Shown here piece by piece: positions 9,691 through 23,583 of a stretch of DNA of 64,000 bases (its first letter is position 1; each line of letters begins with the position of its first letter). The stretch covers positions 13,578,001-13,642,000 of the forward strand of contig CM022672.1 of NCBI GenBank assembly GCA_012295275.1. Reading direction: 5' to 3'. Source of the DNA: Chrysomallon squamiferum. Lineage: Eukaryota > Animalia > Mollusca. The notes beneath the pieces are model-generated. The model searched no databases. It worked only from the letters and a program-made list of their open reading frames with translations, and was not told the DNA's origin. Position numbers and translations under genes: made by a program.

Positions 9691-12600
9691 ATTAAGGGTT
9701 AATTAATTTCCAGTTGATCTCATTTTTGATGTTTTCTTTCTTATAAAATAGATTCATCCTCAGGGTTAGTTTTGTTTAGTAATGAATATATAAAGTTTTT
9801 ATTGTATTCTGTTTATCTTTTTTTAATATTACTCTTTTTTTTTTCCCTTCTTCTGTTTTTTGGTATTTGTATTTCTATTTGTACATAAAATAATTATAAA
9901 AAAAATATTTTAAAATATTATTATTATTACTTTAATTTTTTTTTAATAGTTTTCCACTACCCGGTATTTGTACTTACAATAATTGTAAAAAGAGTATTTT
10001 TAAATGTAGCTTTGAATTTTTATCTTCTTGTATTTTTTACTTCTGTAATGCTATAGACTCAGCAGGAGAAGCTAATTCTCATATTAAAAAGTATATGTAA
10101 ATTTCAGAAAACTTAATTTATATATATATACATACACATGATTTTTTTAATCAGTAATTCACAAAAATAAGACTAATTTTTTATGTTCTCAGTTTGTACT
10201 AATGATCCAGACAAATGTAAAAAAAAAAAAAAAAAAAAAGGAAGAAAAAAATTATTTTCTTTATCACAAAAATCTTTCTATAAAAGCAAGGCAATTCCAA
10301 ATAGCACATTTGGAAAGGTTTGTTATAAGATGATTTAAGGTGTAAATAACCACTTGACTCTTAGCTGATGGTTGTTGATATAATCTGTGTAATTTATATA
10401 GCTAAACTGTAGAAGTTAACATTGTTAAAAAAAAACATTTTAAAATGTGAAATCCTTTTTCCTTTTATTGTATCTCTTTTTAAATAATTTTATTATAATA
10501 AATGCATGTTTATATATATATGTATTTTATAATCTTTTCTTTTGCATAATGCAATCCTTTTTTCTTTCTTTTATTTTTAATAAAAATTGGACTGTCCCAC
10601 CATATCTCAAAAGAGCTGTAAATATTTTTTATTTAAATTATATTTTCTTTGTTTAAATCATTTTCTTTTTAAAAAAATTAATATTATTATTTTAGGATTT
10701 AGTTGACTTAAATTTATACTATAGAGTAGAAATTAATTTAGAATTTTTCAATTTGTTTTGACAATTATTCAAACTTTATTTGAAAAAAGAAGAAAGAAGA
10801 TTAACAATACCAAAAGTTGGAATCCTTTCAAACTTTTGATTATAATGAATATTTTAATATTATTAAAAAAATAATTTCTGTGTCATTTAAATTTATTTTT
10901 GTTTTAGATTTATTGTTTTAAAGTAAACCTGAATGTTCGAGCTGTATTGATATAATTATTTTATCAAGATTGTTTGAAGGAAAAAGAAAAATATTTATGC
11001 CTTCAGCAAGTTAAATTTAATTTTTTTATTTTTTTTTTTAAATTATGTATATTATGCTTGAATAAAGTTTAACAATCATTTTAATAGTTTAGAATATTTA
11101 ATTATTTTTATTATTAAAATGTAATAGTTTATCTATTTCTTTAACAAATATTTTAAAAAATTTAAATATATAAATTACTGTGATGTATAATTTGATATCA
11201 CTTAAAATTATATATGTATGTTCTTAAATAGGTTAACTGCCATCTAATACTTTAATGTGTCTATTTAAATATTTTAACAAGTATTTCTGACTTTTTCTAT
11301 TGTAATGTAAATTCCTGTTGTTTAAAAATTATGTACATGCACTTTTTGAAAATATTTAACATATTTTGAATGTTTCATTTTATTAAATCCAGATGCAGCA
11401 TAATGTAAGAATATAGGTTAATTCAATAATTTATGTATATTGTTTCAAGGTTAACTTTTTAACATATAATTTAATTATTCTTAGAAAATGTTAACATCAT
11501 AATAAAGATTTGTGTATATTGCTAGCAAAAAAAAAAAGAAGTAATTTAACAAATACTTTAATATTTTAAGCTTTATTAATGTTAACATTGAAAAAGTTAG
11601 CATTGTAAATTAATTCTAATTTAATATTTAGTCATTGTTAAAATTAATATACACTGTTCAAAGAGTTTAATTTTTAAAATAACAATTAGAAAATTTGATT
11701 GAGTCATGTCTATTTTGCAGAGTTTATTTTAACACGGCTTAAAAACATTGACATGCAGAAAATATAACAATTGTTTTGGATAGTTTATTTCCTGGTCAAA
11801 TACTCTCAATTTCATGAATTAATGTTAAATAAATTTACTTTTTTCTCATGTTTTATGTTGTTCTTGAAAAATGTTAATAATAAATTAATGAATATTTTAA
11901 TATTAAAAAATATTAGGTGTCAAACGTATTGAGAGGATTTTTTTTTTTTTTTTAATTTTATTATTATTATATTTTTTGCATTCACTTGCACAGAAAAGTA
12001 TATTACCAAGTCTTTTGAACATTGAGATAAATCGTAGGAGCTTGGAGAACAAATGGATTTTTAAAATGTTTTAATAACTCTAATCACTGAAGCAGTGTTT
12101 TCCTCTTCTGCATAATTTCATTAATGATCTGTTACACTAAATGTTTGAGAACAGAGAATCTGCATCACAATCTGAATCTTTAATTCATCCACTCAGACAA
12201 ATTTTTATGTCTCACATCATGATATATTGTATTTTGAGAAAGAAAATTGAAATTGAAATGTTCTTTCTTTTCTTTTCTTAAAGTAGATATGAATTCATTA
12301 TTCATATTTAATAGAGATCTGAAACTTTTATTCCCTTTCAAACATTTAAATATTCATTTCAGAACATTTAAAAAATAAATAAATCAACAAAGTCAAAATG
12401 TTTTGTAAAACAAAAAAAAATTTATTCATATTTTTACAAAATAGTGAAAAGTATAAAGTGCTGATAACATCTGGTTTGGTTTTGGGTTTTTTAATTAAAA
12501 AGAGGGTAAAAAGATAAAAAAAAATGATAATTAAAAAAAAAAAATGAACAAAGATATTAATTACTTGTTCAAGTAAGACAATATAAAAGTCATTTTAAAA

Positions 12601-15409
12601 ACTAAAATGTTCCATCCAACTACACTTTTTCAATACAGTAATAAAAAACTTTAAAAAAAATTTAATTCTCTGTGGAAAAAAATTAACTCATTATTGTAAA
12701 CAATTAAAAACAAAAATAAATAAAATTTTATGATATTTAAATTTATTATTAATAATCAATAAGATAATTACATTTTTTATTATTATTTTTTAATACATTT
12801 TTTTTTTTAATATTATAAACATATACATGCAAATTTACAAAGCTAACTATGAATATATAGTTACAAATTCTAACTATATCATTACATTTTGTGTTTTGAT
12901 ATGAATACACAAAAGATATGATTACAACAACAAACAATGCAACCTGTACACATCACAAACTTTCATGATAAACTTCAGCAAAAATATTTTCTGTTATTTA
13001 ATATCCTACAGCAATAATGCCAACAGATTAAGAAAAAAAAAATATAGATATACAGTGATGTTATGGGAAAATGAATTTTTGAAAACAATAATAAAAATGT
13101 GTACAATCGTATAAAAGAGTTTGCAAAAACAAACATATTTGTATAAATGAGCAAAATATTTGGAAGCAGATTTTTATTTTTTAAATTTTTTTTTTCATTA
13201 ATATTTTATATAAAGATATAAATTTAATACAAATATAATTTAAAAAAAAAAAAATTAAAATTAAAAAAAGTGAAATAATTCTTCATTACTTTATAGTTAA
13301 AATAAAACTGTCTTTTTATAAAATACAAATTCTAATAATAATAATTTGAGAAAAGGAATAAAATTTAAAAATAAGTGTTTTTTATCTGTAAATTTTTTCA
13401 AACCTGGTATATAATCAACAAAATTACATAATAATAATTTTGTATCCGAATTCTTTGCAATATTTCTAAGTAACAGGATAAAAAGATTTATGAAATATGG
13501 ATTTATTATTTACATGGTAAAAATGAACTTAAAAAGACATCTACACGATTAACATTGACTAACAAAAACTATGACATACGAGTGACTAAGATTTTACCAA
13601 GTTATTACTCAACTTAGCAAATATTAATCATATTTTTCTGCGATATACCAGTAATATGAGAATATTAATGTATTAATTGAGCATGGTGATTAAGCTATTT
13701 CAGTTAATACACAAATAACATACATTTTGATATATGATATAAATATGTTCATGCTTAAATAGAATACTACAAAGACATTTTTCTTTTTTAAAAGAGAATA
13801 GAATAATTAAATATATATACTGATAAACAGAGTGAGTTAAAGAAACAACAGGCAAGATTTTCTTTTTTAGAATTTTATATTACTATTGTAAATATTATAA
13901 TTTTTAGTTTTTATCTTCATTATCATTTCAGATTAGTGGAAAATTTAATTTTTGGTTTAAATTATGAAATATACATTTTAAAACAAGGTTTTCATCCGAA
14001 CTCATATTGGCAGTTTAGAATATATAATTTGTAAATTTAAATGAATAGATAAATAAAAAAATAAAATAAATACAATTAAATTTTAAAAAATAACAACATT
14101 ACATTTATTATATTTAAAACTGTTTATTTTTTTTATTTATCATTTCTTTTATTATTATTTTTTTTCCCCTAGGATTTCAAAATTTTAAAATCATCCCAAT
14201 ATATAATGTTATCCCTGAGCAGAAATATATAAATATATTGTGCTCTGAATACTGAGTAACAGTCTACTTAAACACTACTACTATTTTCTATACAACAAAC
14301 CAGATCTCGGTTTGGATAATAAATTACTTTGAAAAAGAAAAAACATGTTAATTAGTTAGCTTACAGTCTGTACAAAGTTTGTTGTTTTGGGCTTTTTTTT
14401 TTTCTTTCTTTTTTTTTTTTTTTTACTAAAACTACATTTGAATTGGCACAGAAAAAAAGCAAAATAGAAATCAGCATACATACATTTATTTAAAAATTAT
14501 CTATGATACAAAGAGTGTTCAACCAATTAACTTTTCACCAGTATGTTTGGCTTGGTTTTTATTTATATATTTTCTATTTTTTAAATTCCTTTAATTAGAG
14601 ACTGTATTTGTAGCTTATTGTGGGGGTGTCTTTTGTAAAGATAATGTTAACTATATTCATTAACAAAAATTACTAATCTCATTATTATTATTTTTTTTTT
14701 ATTGTTATTATTAATATTATTATTACTATTAAATTTCTTTTATAACAATGCTTTTGTTAACATTTACAAAAATTACAGATTAAAATTTAGTGACAGATTT
14801 TATTAATGAAGAATTTTTATTGCACATAAATTAATTTTCACAGAATCGAATAAAACCATCCGTAATGTGACAAAGTCTCAAGAAAGAGAGAGAGAGAGAG
14901 AGAGAGAGAATTTTTCGAGAAAATAAAAACCAGCCAAAATGACGATAGTCAGTTTTACCCATTCACAAGTGACAATCTGACACAGTGATGACTGAAAATT
15001 GGTTGACACCCAGATTAAAATACGAAAGAAATACAAAATTATGTGAATAAAGTAATAATAACACAACATCAATAAACATATATAGCACCATACAAAAAGA
15101 GAGTGTGAAACAAGAATATATAATGCTTGTGTACACAATGCCATATAAATACAAACTAAACATTTTCAAAACAAATGAGTATGTTTATTTTTTTTTCATT
15201 TATTTTTATTAAAAAAAGGCAATATTTTAGGAAATACGATTGTGAAATGCATACATAAACAATTAAAGAGGTATTTTCTAGTAGTTCAGTTTATAAACAG
15301 CATGACCTGCTTTCACAGCTGAGAAAGAAAGAAAACAATTAAAAAAAAAAAAAAAAAAAAGTCCATCTCTGGTGATGTAAAGTGTCAAAATCACCTTACT
15401 TAAGCCATC

Positions 15410-15565
15410 ATGAATATTTATATTTTGCGAACGAGTTATGAATATTCATTATCTGTGTCGTCATGAATATTCACGTAAGTAGTGAGGTTTGTATATTCAT
15501 TATCTTTGCCTTTGTGAATATTCATATTATCTCTGAACTTTCGTCTATCTGTCATGAATATTCAC
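15410..15565. promoter_or_regulatory. Cluster of six ATGAATATTCAT-like palindromes (candidate POU-dimer sites)
   Basis: Sites at 15410, 15438 (perfect), 15463, 15489, 15514 and 15554; function is inferred. Confidence 0.45.
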
Positions 15566-18421
15566 ATTTTCGCTGATGTGAAAACACAATTAGTCTGGTG
15601 TATTTATTTCACATGTATTATTTTAGTGTTGTCTGTTTTTACAAGTTTGCTTACAACAATCGTAATAAATGCCATTTTGTCAGACGTAAGGAATGCAGCT
15701 GGCAAAACAAAAACAAAAACAAAAATTTAAAAAAACACATTGACAAAAATTATTCATATTATTTAGTCTGGACTCAAAATTATTCATTATCTAAAAATAC
15801 TGAATACAAACTTGAACACCAATTTCTTATTTCATCGGCTTTTTTTTTGTATTACTGACATAATGTTCAAAAAATTTTCAAAAAATAATAAATATGTAAA
15901 TAAAATAAATAAAATTATAACTTTTCGTTTGAAATACAGTGTACCTCACTGAAAAGAACATCAGCTTTTGTTTGTATCATGAAATTTTTTTTTTTTTTTC
16001 TAAAACAAATTCTGGATTAATCAACCATCATATTTTTATTATTCACACATACACAAAGATACACGCAACAATAAAAAAAAATAATATTAAAAATAAAAAA
16101 TATCAAATCTAATCCTTCCACTTAATATTAAATGGAATTTAATGGAATTTAAACATTAATTCTAAATGCTTTGACTTTACAGTTAATGATTTAAAATATT
16201 TTTTAAAATTAATTTATTCTGTTAACATAATAAAACTGAAGTTAACTCTAAAAACAAAACAAAAACACATGAAGAAAAATAAAAGTCAAAAGCTATCCAT
16301 TGACTTATCTTAACTAAAAACAAACTCAAACTTCAGTCCTTTGTTTTGTCATTTCTTCAGCAGTGTTTACAATTTAGAACCAGACATTTGGCTGACATAC
16401 TCATCAGGTACAGGCATCTATGGATAGTTATCTGCAGGGACAACAAGATAATCATCTTCAAGTACAATTAATTAATTATCTGCAGGTACAACAAGGTAAT
16501 CATCAGCAGGTACTGAGGTACAGGTGTGAGGTCTTTTTTTTTTCTTCTCTATTTCTACAACTAAATGTCTATGAATGAAAATGCACTAAAAACTGTTTTA
16601 TTCATTACTTTGGCACGTTGATGTTCTGAGGTAAATTAGAGGCAGATAGGCATTCAATACAGGTTTTTATTCACATGCGTGTATTAATAAACTGTAATAT
16701 GCTATGGATTTTTTAAATTTTGTTATCTAGCAGCATTTGGAGTAAATAAAAGGGGTAAATATTGCATACTGTTGTTTTTGAAAGTTAATTAAAAATATAA
16801 TTTGGATTATTTTTAGTTTTAGTTTTTAAATAATCCTTAAAGATGTAAATACATATATATATATATATTTTCCAGACACGTATTTAATTTAATGTAATCA
16901 TTTGAAACTAACCTGGTATCTGGAAAATGATCAGTTACAACAGAGAATAATAAATATAAAAGAAAATGAATTTTGTAAAATTTGATCTATTGATAGTGAA
17001 TAAAAACACAAAGGAATAAAATATTATGCATTTTGTAAGTTTTGAAACATAGAAAGACAGTCAACAAAGTCAGATCTATGCTATACAGGTATATTATACA
17101 AAACTAAAAACAGAGTGAAAAAAACTTTTCGTGTTAATAATTAAACATGTTTTGATATTTTGTGCTTTTAAGGTTAAGATTTTTTAAATTTTTAATTCAG
17201 TTACCACAATATTGCAACTGTGACTATATAAGTCAAGATCCATTTAAAAAAAATTCTTAATTTGTAACTTGATTTGAAAATATTAAATTCTTATTGCTGA
17301 TAATGAAAAAGTGATATAAATAAATATAAATTCATTACTTTTTTTTTAAATAAAATTTTATAAAACTGTTTAAAAATGAGTAACACAATAAAGAAATATA
17401 TATAAATAAAAAACAAATCTTTAAAACTGATTTACCAAGTTTAAGTAAAAGAATATTTTCATGATTTTGAAAAATATCCTACTTGTCCAAGACAAGCTAG
17501 AGAAAACACAAATTCTGGTTTCAGCCATTTTACAAGCAATACTACATTTTCTTACTGAACATTACATTTACAAAATGTGGAATATATAATATTAATTATT
17601 ACAAAATTCTCAGATTATTAAAACTTTTCCCATTGTCTCTGATCAAATAATAATCTTGTGATAATTTAATTTACAATTATTTTCCTCCATGACTTTTGGT
17701 TAAGATTTCTGAAGAAAAACTACTTTCAAAGAAATACTGTCATTTTTCCTTTTCATAAACATATCATAAACAAGGGGGACTATTGTATTTTCATTATCAA
17801 TGTTATAAAAAAAAAAAAAAAAAAAAAAAAAAGAATAAAAGAAATCTTATTTTATGCCAGTAGAAGTGAGGTAAAATGGCTTCCTGTCATGATAATGTCA
17901 CATAATGTAAGTCAGATTCCTTTTTCACTATTTTTATTTTTCTTATTTCATGCTATTTTATCTTTTCAGAACTGTAGGATAATCTGCATGTTCCATACCT
18001 GAACAGTCTATCATATGCTTAAAACTCAAATAACTGACATTTAAGTTAAAACCCCAACACTCTCCAGTATTTCAAACCACAAAGATCTAATCAAATAACC
18101 AATATTTAACATCAAAATCTGAACAGTTTACATCACATTCAAAATTCTGAAAGTCTCATTACGTTTTACAATCAAAAACACAAATATTTTGTATGTTCCA
18201 AAACTTGAACAATCTACAAAAGTTTCCAAATCTTGAATAATCTACAAAACATAGATCATTTATATTTCAATCTCTACTCACTCAGTTCTCTCTTTCCAAT
18301 CTTTTTTTTTTTTTTTTAAAAAGAACAAAAAAAAAAAAAAAAACCCTCCCAGCTTTTTAATATATATATAAAAAAAAAAATTACCCCCAAAAAACTGAAC
18401 ACAATTATGCTGGTTCAACAA

Positions 18422-18675
18422 CTAAGGCTCTATTTCTATATTCTTAAAGCAGTTATCGGGTAAAGAGTTTTTAATGTCCTCTATATTGTCCACGTCTGCC
18501 TGTAACTGAGAATAGTCTTCTGTGTACCGGGCTGCCAGCTTCTTCACCAGCTCATTGGCCTTTGTGATCTTGTTGAACTGTTTGTCGATCTCCGCATCTT
18601 TCAACTCTTTCTCCACGTTGTCCAAGTCTCTCTCCAGCTGGTCGAGCTGGGAGGGGTCAGCCATTTCCACAGTCC
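18422..18675 (-). CDS. LAMC1: Laminin gamma terminal coding exon, GTVEMADP...CFKNIEIEP*
   Basis: tgcag acceptor, TAG at 18424-18422. Confidence 0.96.
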
Positions 18676-21600
18676 CTGCAAATTCAGATACATCCATAGT
18701 TACACTGTTTGTTCACTGAGAATGCCTAAGTCCAGAAGGATAATCACAAATTTACTCTATGTTAAAACTTAAAACATACGGGTAACCACCAATTTACAAC
18801 CAACTATTATACATAATGTCTTAAACCAGAAGGGTAACTATTAATTTACTTCCCACTACTATACTATAGACCAAAATGGTAAGCACCAGTTTACAACCCA
18901 TTGTTATATGTAATGCCTTAGACCAAAACAATGACTACCATTTTACAAACCACTACTACAGAACTTAGAATGGCTAATCATGTATCAATACCTATTAAAT
19001 AAAAAAAACAAAATACTTACCTAGCAACCTCAAGATATTTTTAACAGTGTCAAGAGCATTTTCAACTTTCTTTGAAGCATCTTCAGCAACAAACTTAGCT
19101 TCATTTGCTTTATCCAGAGCCTGAAACAAAACAATTATTTAATTTTAAAAACAAAATGGAAAAAAAAAAAAAAAAAGCATAATGAAAGAATAAAGGAATC
19201 TTTATTTTTAAGCGTAATGGTTTTTAACATATTAAAATTTAATACATCAAAACATTTTGTTTTTGCTTAATGGATATGATTTCACAGCAAAGAATATTCT
19301 TTTATAAGCACCTTCCCATAGACAGGAGAGTATTTATCATAACTAACAAATCAAATGTGGTTGGAACTGGAAATAACACAATGAGCTTACCCCCCCAAAA
19401 AGCTTAAAAGTCTTTGATCAATATCAGTACCACTCCTTGTTATATGCAAAACAAGTTAAACAGAAGAATTAAACGACATCCACAAACCTCCTTGGCAAGT
19501 CTCTCATCATCTGTCCCTCTAGAATAATAATCGTCCATTCTCTTCTTTGCTTCGTCCACATCACTGGACAGCTGGTCAGTTTCGTCCTTCAAGTCTGTGG
19601 CCTTTTCCTTCAGACGTTTTGCTTCTCCTCGAATGGTACTGGCTTCCTGTTACCAAAAACAACATCAGTATTAAAGTATGGTGGCTTCTTGTACAAAGAA
19701 TTAAATGAAGCAGTATCAGTGCTCATTCACAGAAATTGAAATTATAGTCTGTAGTATGTTATTTGATACAGGTTAGTAGTAATTGCTGCCGATTAAGTAA
19801 ACTGGGATTGTCCACACTAACTGACTGGGGTCAGTATCCACTGCAGGATATTAACTGACCATTTGGATCAAAAACCTCTATTGGATATTAGTAACAGACA
19901 TGGATTAGACACTGTGGATCAATATCCACACTGATCCATTAACTGGTTTGGTTCAATAACCACTCTGACCCATTAACTGGTTTAGTCAGTAACCATCGTG
20001 GCTCATCAATTGGATCAGTCAGAAACCATCATGGCTCATCAATTGGATCAGTCAGTAACCATCATGGCTCATCAATTGGATCAGTCAGTAACCATCATGA
20101 CTCATCAATTGGATCAGTCAGTAACCATCATGACTCATCAATTGGATCAGTCAGAAACCATCATGACTCATCAATTGGATCAGTCAGTAACCATCGTGGC
20201 TCATCAATTGGATCAGTCAGTAACCATCATGACCCATCAATTGGATCAGTCAGTAACCATCATGTCCCATCAATTGGTTCAGTCAGTAACCATCATGACC
20301 CATCAGTTGGTTCAGTCAGTAACCATCGTGGCTCATTAACAATTAAGATTCAATAATCATTATGCCCCAAATATTTGCAACTGGTCATTTATCTGCTGCA
20401 GAACATTAACCAGCGTGGGTCAGTCACTACATTAACCAGCGTGGGTCAGTCACTACATTAACCAGCGTGGGTCAGTCACTACATTAACCAGCGTGGGTCA
20501 GTCACTACATTAACCAGTGTGGTCAGTCACTACATTAAACAGCGTGGGTCAGTCACTACATTAAACAGCGTGGGTCAGTCACTACATTAACCTGCATGGT
20601 CAGTCACTACATTAAAAACAACCACTTACGTCTGACGCCTGCTGTGCAGTGTGCTGGGCCTGTTTGGCGAGTCGCAAGGCCTCGTTGGCATCCGAGCTGG
20701 CCCCACTGAGCGCCCCCCTGGCCTCGTCTGTCGTCTGTTCAGCCTGCTCTATAGTGTGTTCAATCTCGCCCACTTTCTTCAGCGCGTCGTCAGCCTTTCC
20801 TTTGCTTTCCTGAACAAGTTTGTCAAACTCTGTGGAAGATCAACACACTCAGAAATAGTAACATTATCTTCCAGTTTTGATTCTTAAATGTAAGAATAAC
20901 TGCATGTCGAGATGGTTTACAGATATAAAAAATAATCATGTTTTTAAAACAATTTTCTTTTCTTCATATTATAATACTTTTTTTTTATTCACAGATATTA
21001 TTCTGGTGTCAAATAATAATTAGTTTCAATACTTAGAAAGATACTTATATATGAGATGTGTGGCTGGTTTATGTTATTATTTATCATCCTTAAAACAATC
21101 TCACTTATTTAGAGGATGCAATGCCAAATCAAATATTTATGTAAGTAACGAACCAATAAGTGTTTGCAGTGTGTTGTTGGCTTCTCTCAGAGTTTTCTCC
21201 CCTGTCTCGACAGCATCTCTTGCAGTTGCCCGTGCAGCATCAACTTCAGCAAGGAGTTCATCTGTTGTCTGTAGAAAAGACAATGATTTATTTTATTAGC
21301 AGACATCATGATATAAATTAGTTATTTCATTATCAAGGGTCACTTACAGTCTAGTATTACCATACAGGTTTACTGTAAACAGATAATTTGTATCATTAGT
21401 TAATATCATGTAATAAATTAGTTATGTGATCTCCATTACAACAGGATACATCCTGACATGTTCACAAGACAGAATTACAATACAATCTCAGTCGTCTGTT
21501 AAAAGATCATTATCAAATATTTGGTCATAAGTATGACAAGAATAAGGTAAACAATTTAGGGAATAAAAATTAATTTAAAAGTCCTCTCTAAAAATATATA

Positions 21601-23085
21601 TGTATATAGATATTTTCTTTTTTTTTGCAGGGATTTATTTTGTTTTTCTGAGGTAGGTTTATTTTTATTTATTTTTAAATTACTTTAAATATTTATTTAT
21701 TTCATTTTATATTAACTAACTTTTATTATTATTATTATTTTTTTTATTTATTTATTGTTGATTTTATTTTATTTTAAATTTAATTTAATTAATTTAATTA
21801 TTTAATATATATATATATATTTTCTTGTTTATTCTATTTTATATATTATTATTACTATTATTTTTTTTCTTGTTTACTTATTTCCCCACTAACCTGTTGT
21901 AACTTGATTCCTCCTTCCAGTTTGTCTTCAGCTAAAGCTTTCTGTTTTTCAACATCTTCAAGAAGATCTTTGTTCTGGTCAACCAGTCTCTCCACCTCAG
22001 CTTTGATCTGCGAAGCCTGAACAACACCAAAAGCAACAACACTTTATATAGTTTTATATAACAATGCATGAACAACACCAACAACAATAACATTCAACAT
22101 TATTTAATGAATAACACAATATTCTCTGTCTCTGGATTAATTATGATTCAGAGGTAATAATCAAAAATGCTAAGAAGCTTTGATTTATTTATTGATTTAT
22201 TGATTGATTTATTTATTTACTTATGTATTTAAGTAATAGTAGTATAGTAGTATAGTAGTATAGTAGTAGTAGTAGTAGCAGTAGCAGTAGTAGTAGTGGT
22301 GTCCAGTGTTACTATGAGTGATACTTCAGAAAAATGAACACTAATAACTACAACAAATGATAAATGACTATTTATTTTCATATCCCTATTTGCTGATCAG
22401 AAATGTGAAGAACACTAAATTAAAATTTTATATGGTATTTTAATAAATCTTTTGTTATGAAACAAATAGGCATTATGGTTAATTAGTATCCAAATTAAAA
22501 AAAAAATTAACTTAATGAAAAATTATAATTTAAAAAACTGATACTGTAACCCCTAACATAGCATAAACATTGCTTAAAAAATAAATAAATAAATAAATAA
22601 ATAGAAGCTAAAAAAAGTAAAATAATATAAATAAATAATAATAAATAAATAAATAGAAGCTAAAAATAGTAAAATAATATAAATAAATATAAGAATATCC
22701 TTGAAATTGCATTTGCTTCAAAATTTCTGTTTTTCCGTGAACAATTTCACTGTACCTCTTTTTTGATCTGCCCTGCGTCAGTTATGAGCTGGGGTACATC
22801 TACAGGGGGCAGGTCTTTGATAGCCTCGGAGTAGAGCCCGAGGGCCTGATTGTGAGCATCTTCTGACAGGTCAAGTGCATTCTGGGCGACCAGTTTAGTC
22901 TGAGAAAACAGCCGATCTGCATCACTGTAGCTGAAACATCAGTCAACAATAATCAGATGTATACATATGTATACATACATACATACATACATACTTCCAT
23001 ACATACATACACACACACACACACATACATACACCATACATACATCCATACATACACACATACATACACACATACATACATACAT

Positions 23086-23120
<35 letters not shown>

Positions 23121-23137
23121 TACATACATATTGGCAT

Positions 23138-23180
<43 letters not shown>

Positions 23181-23552
23181 TACATACATACATATTATCA
23201 TATATATATATATATATATACAAACACACACACATACATATATGCACACATATGCACGCACACACGCACACACACACACACACACACAAAAAGTGTTGAA
23301 GTAAATGAAGTGTAAATTTCATAATTCTAAAAACAGTAAATTTATACGTACTCTTGTCTCAGTTTCTGGATTTCGTAAGCTGTCTGGTCCGGCATGCTGA
23401 ACACTTCCTGGGCTAAACGAAGTGCTTCTCTCGAAGTGTTCAGAGCATTCCTAGCAAGTATCTCAATCTGCTTGGCATCTTCTGTTTGACTGTCAAAAAC
23501 AAAAAATAAAATAAAAAATTAAATTATATATATATTTTTTATTGTTTAACTT

Positions 23553-23583
<31 letters not shown>

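Noticed and set aside
9099-18421. Specific poly(A) sites for either gene
   Set aside because: AATAAA and TTTATT occur too often in this AT-rich DNA to assign without transcript data.
19998-20339. 113 aa ORF of [11 protein letters not shown] repeats
   Set aside because: Consequence of a 33 bp unit length; antisense within a gamma intron, with no splice or promoter support.
22939-23322. Overlapping CV/HT-rich ORFs (also near 44616-44936, 48780-49016 and 54301-54667)
   Set aside because: Microsatellite translations.
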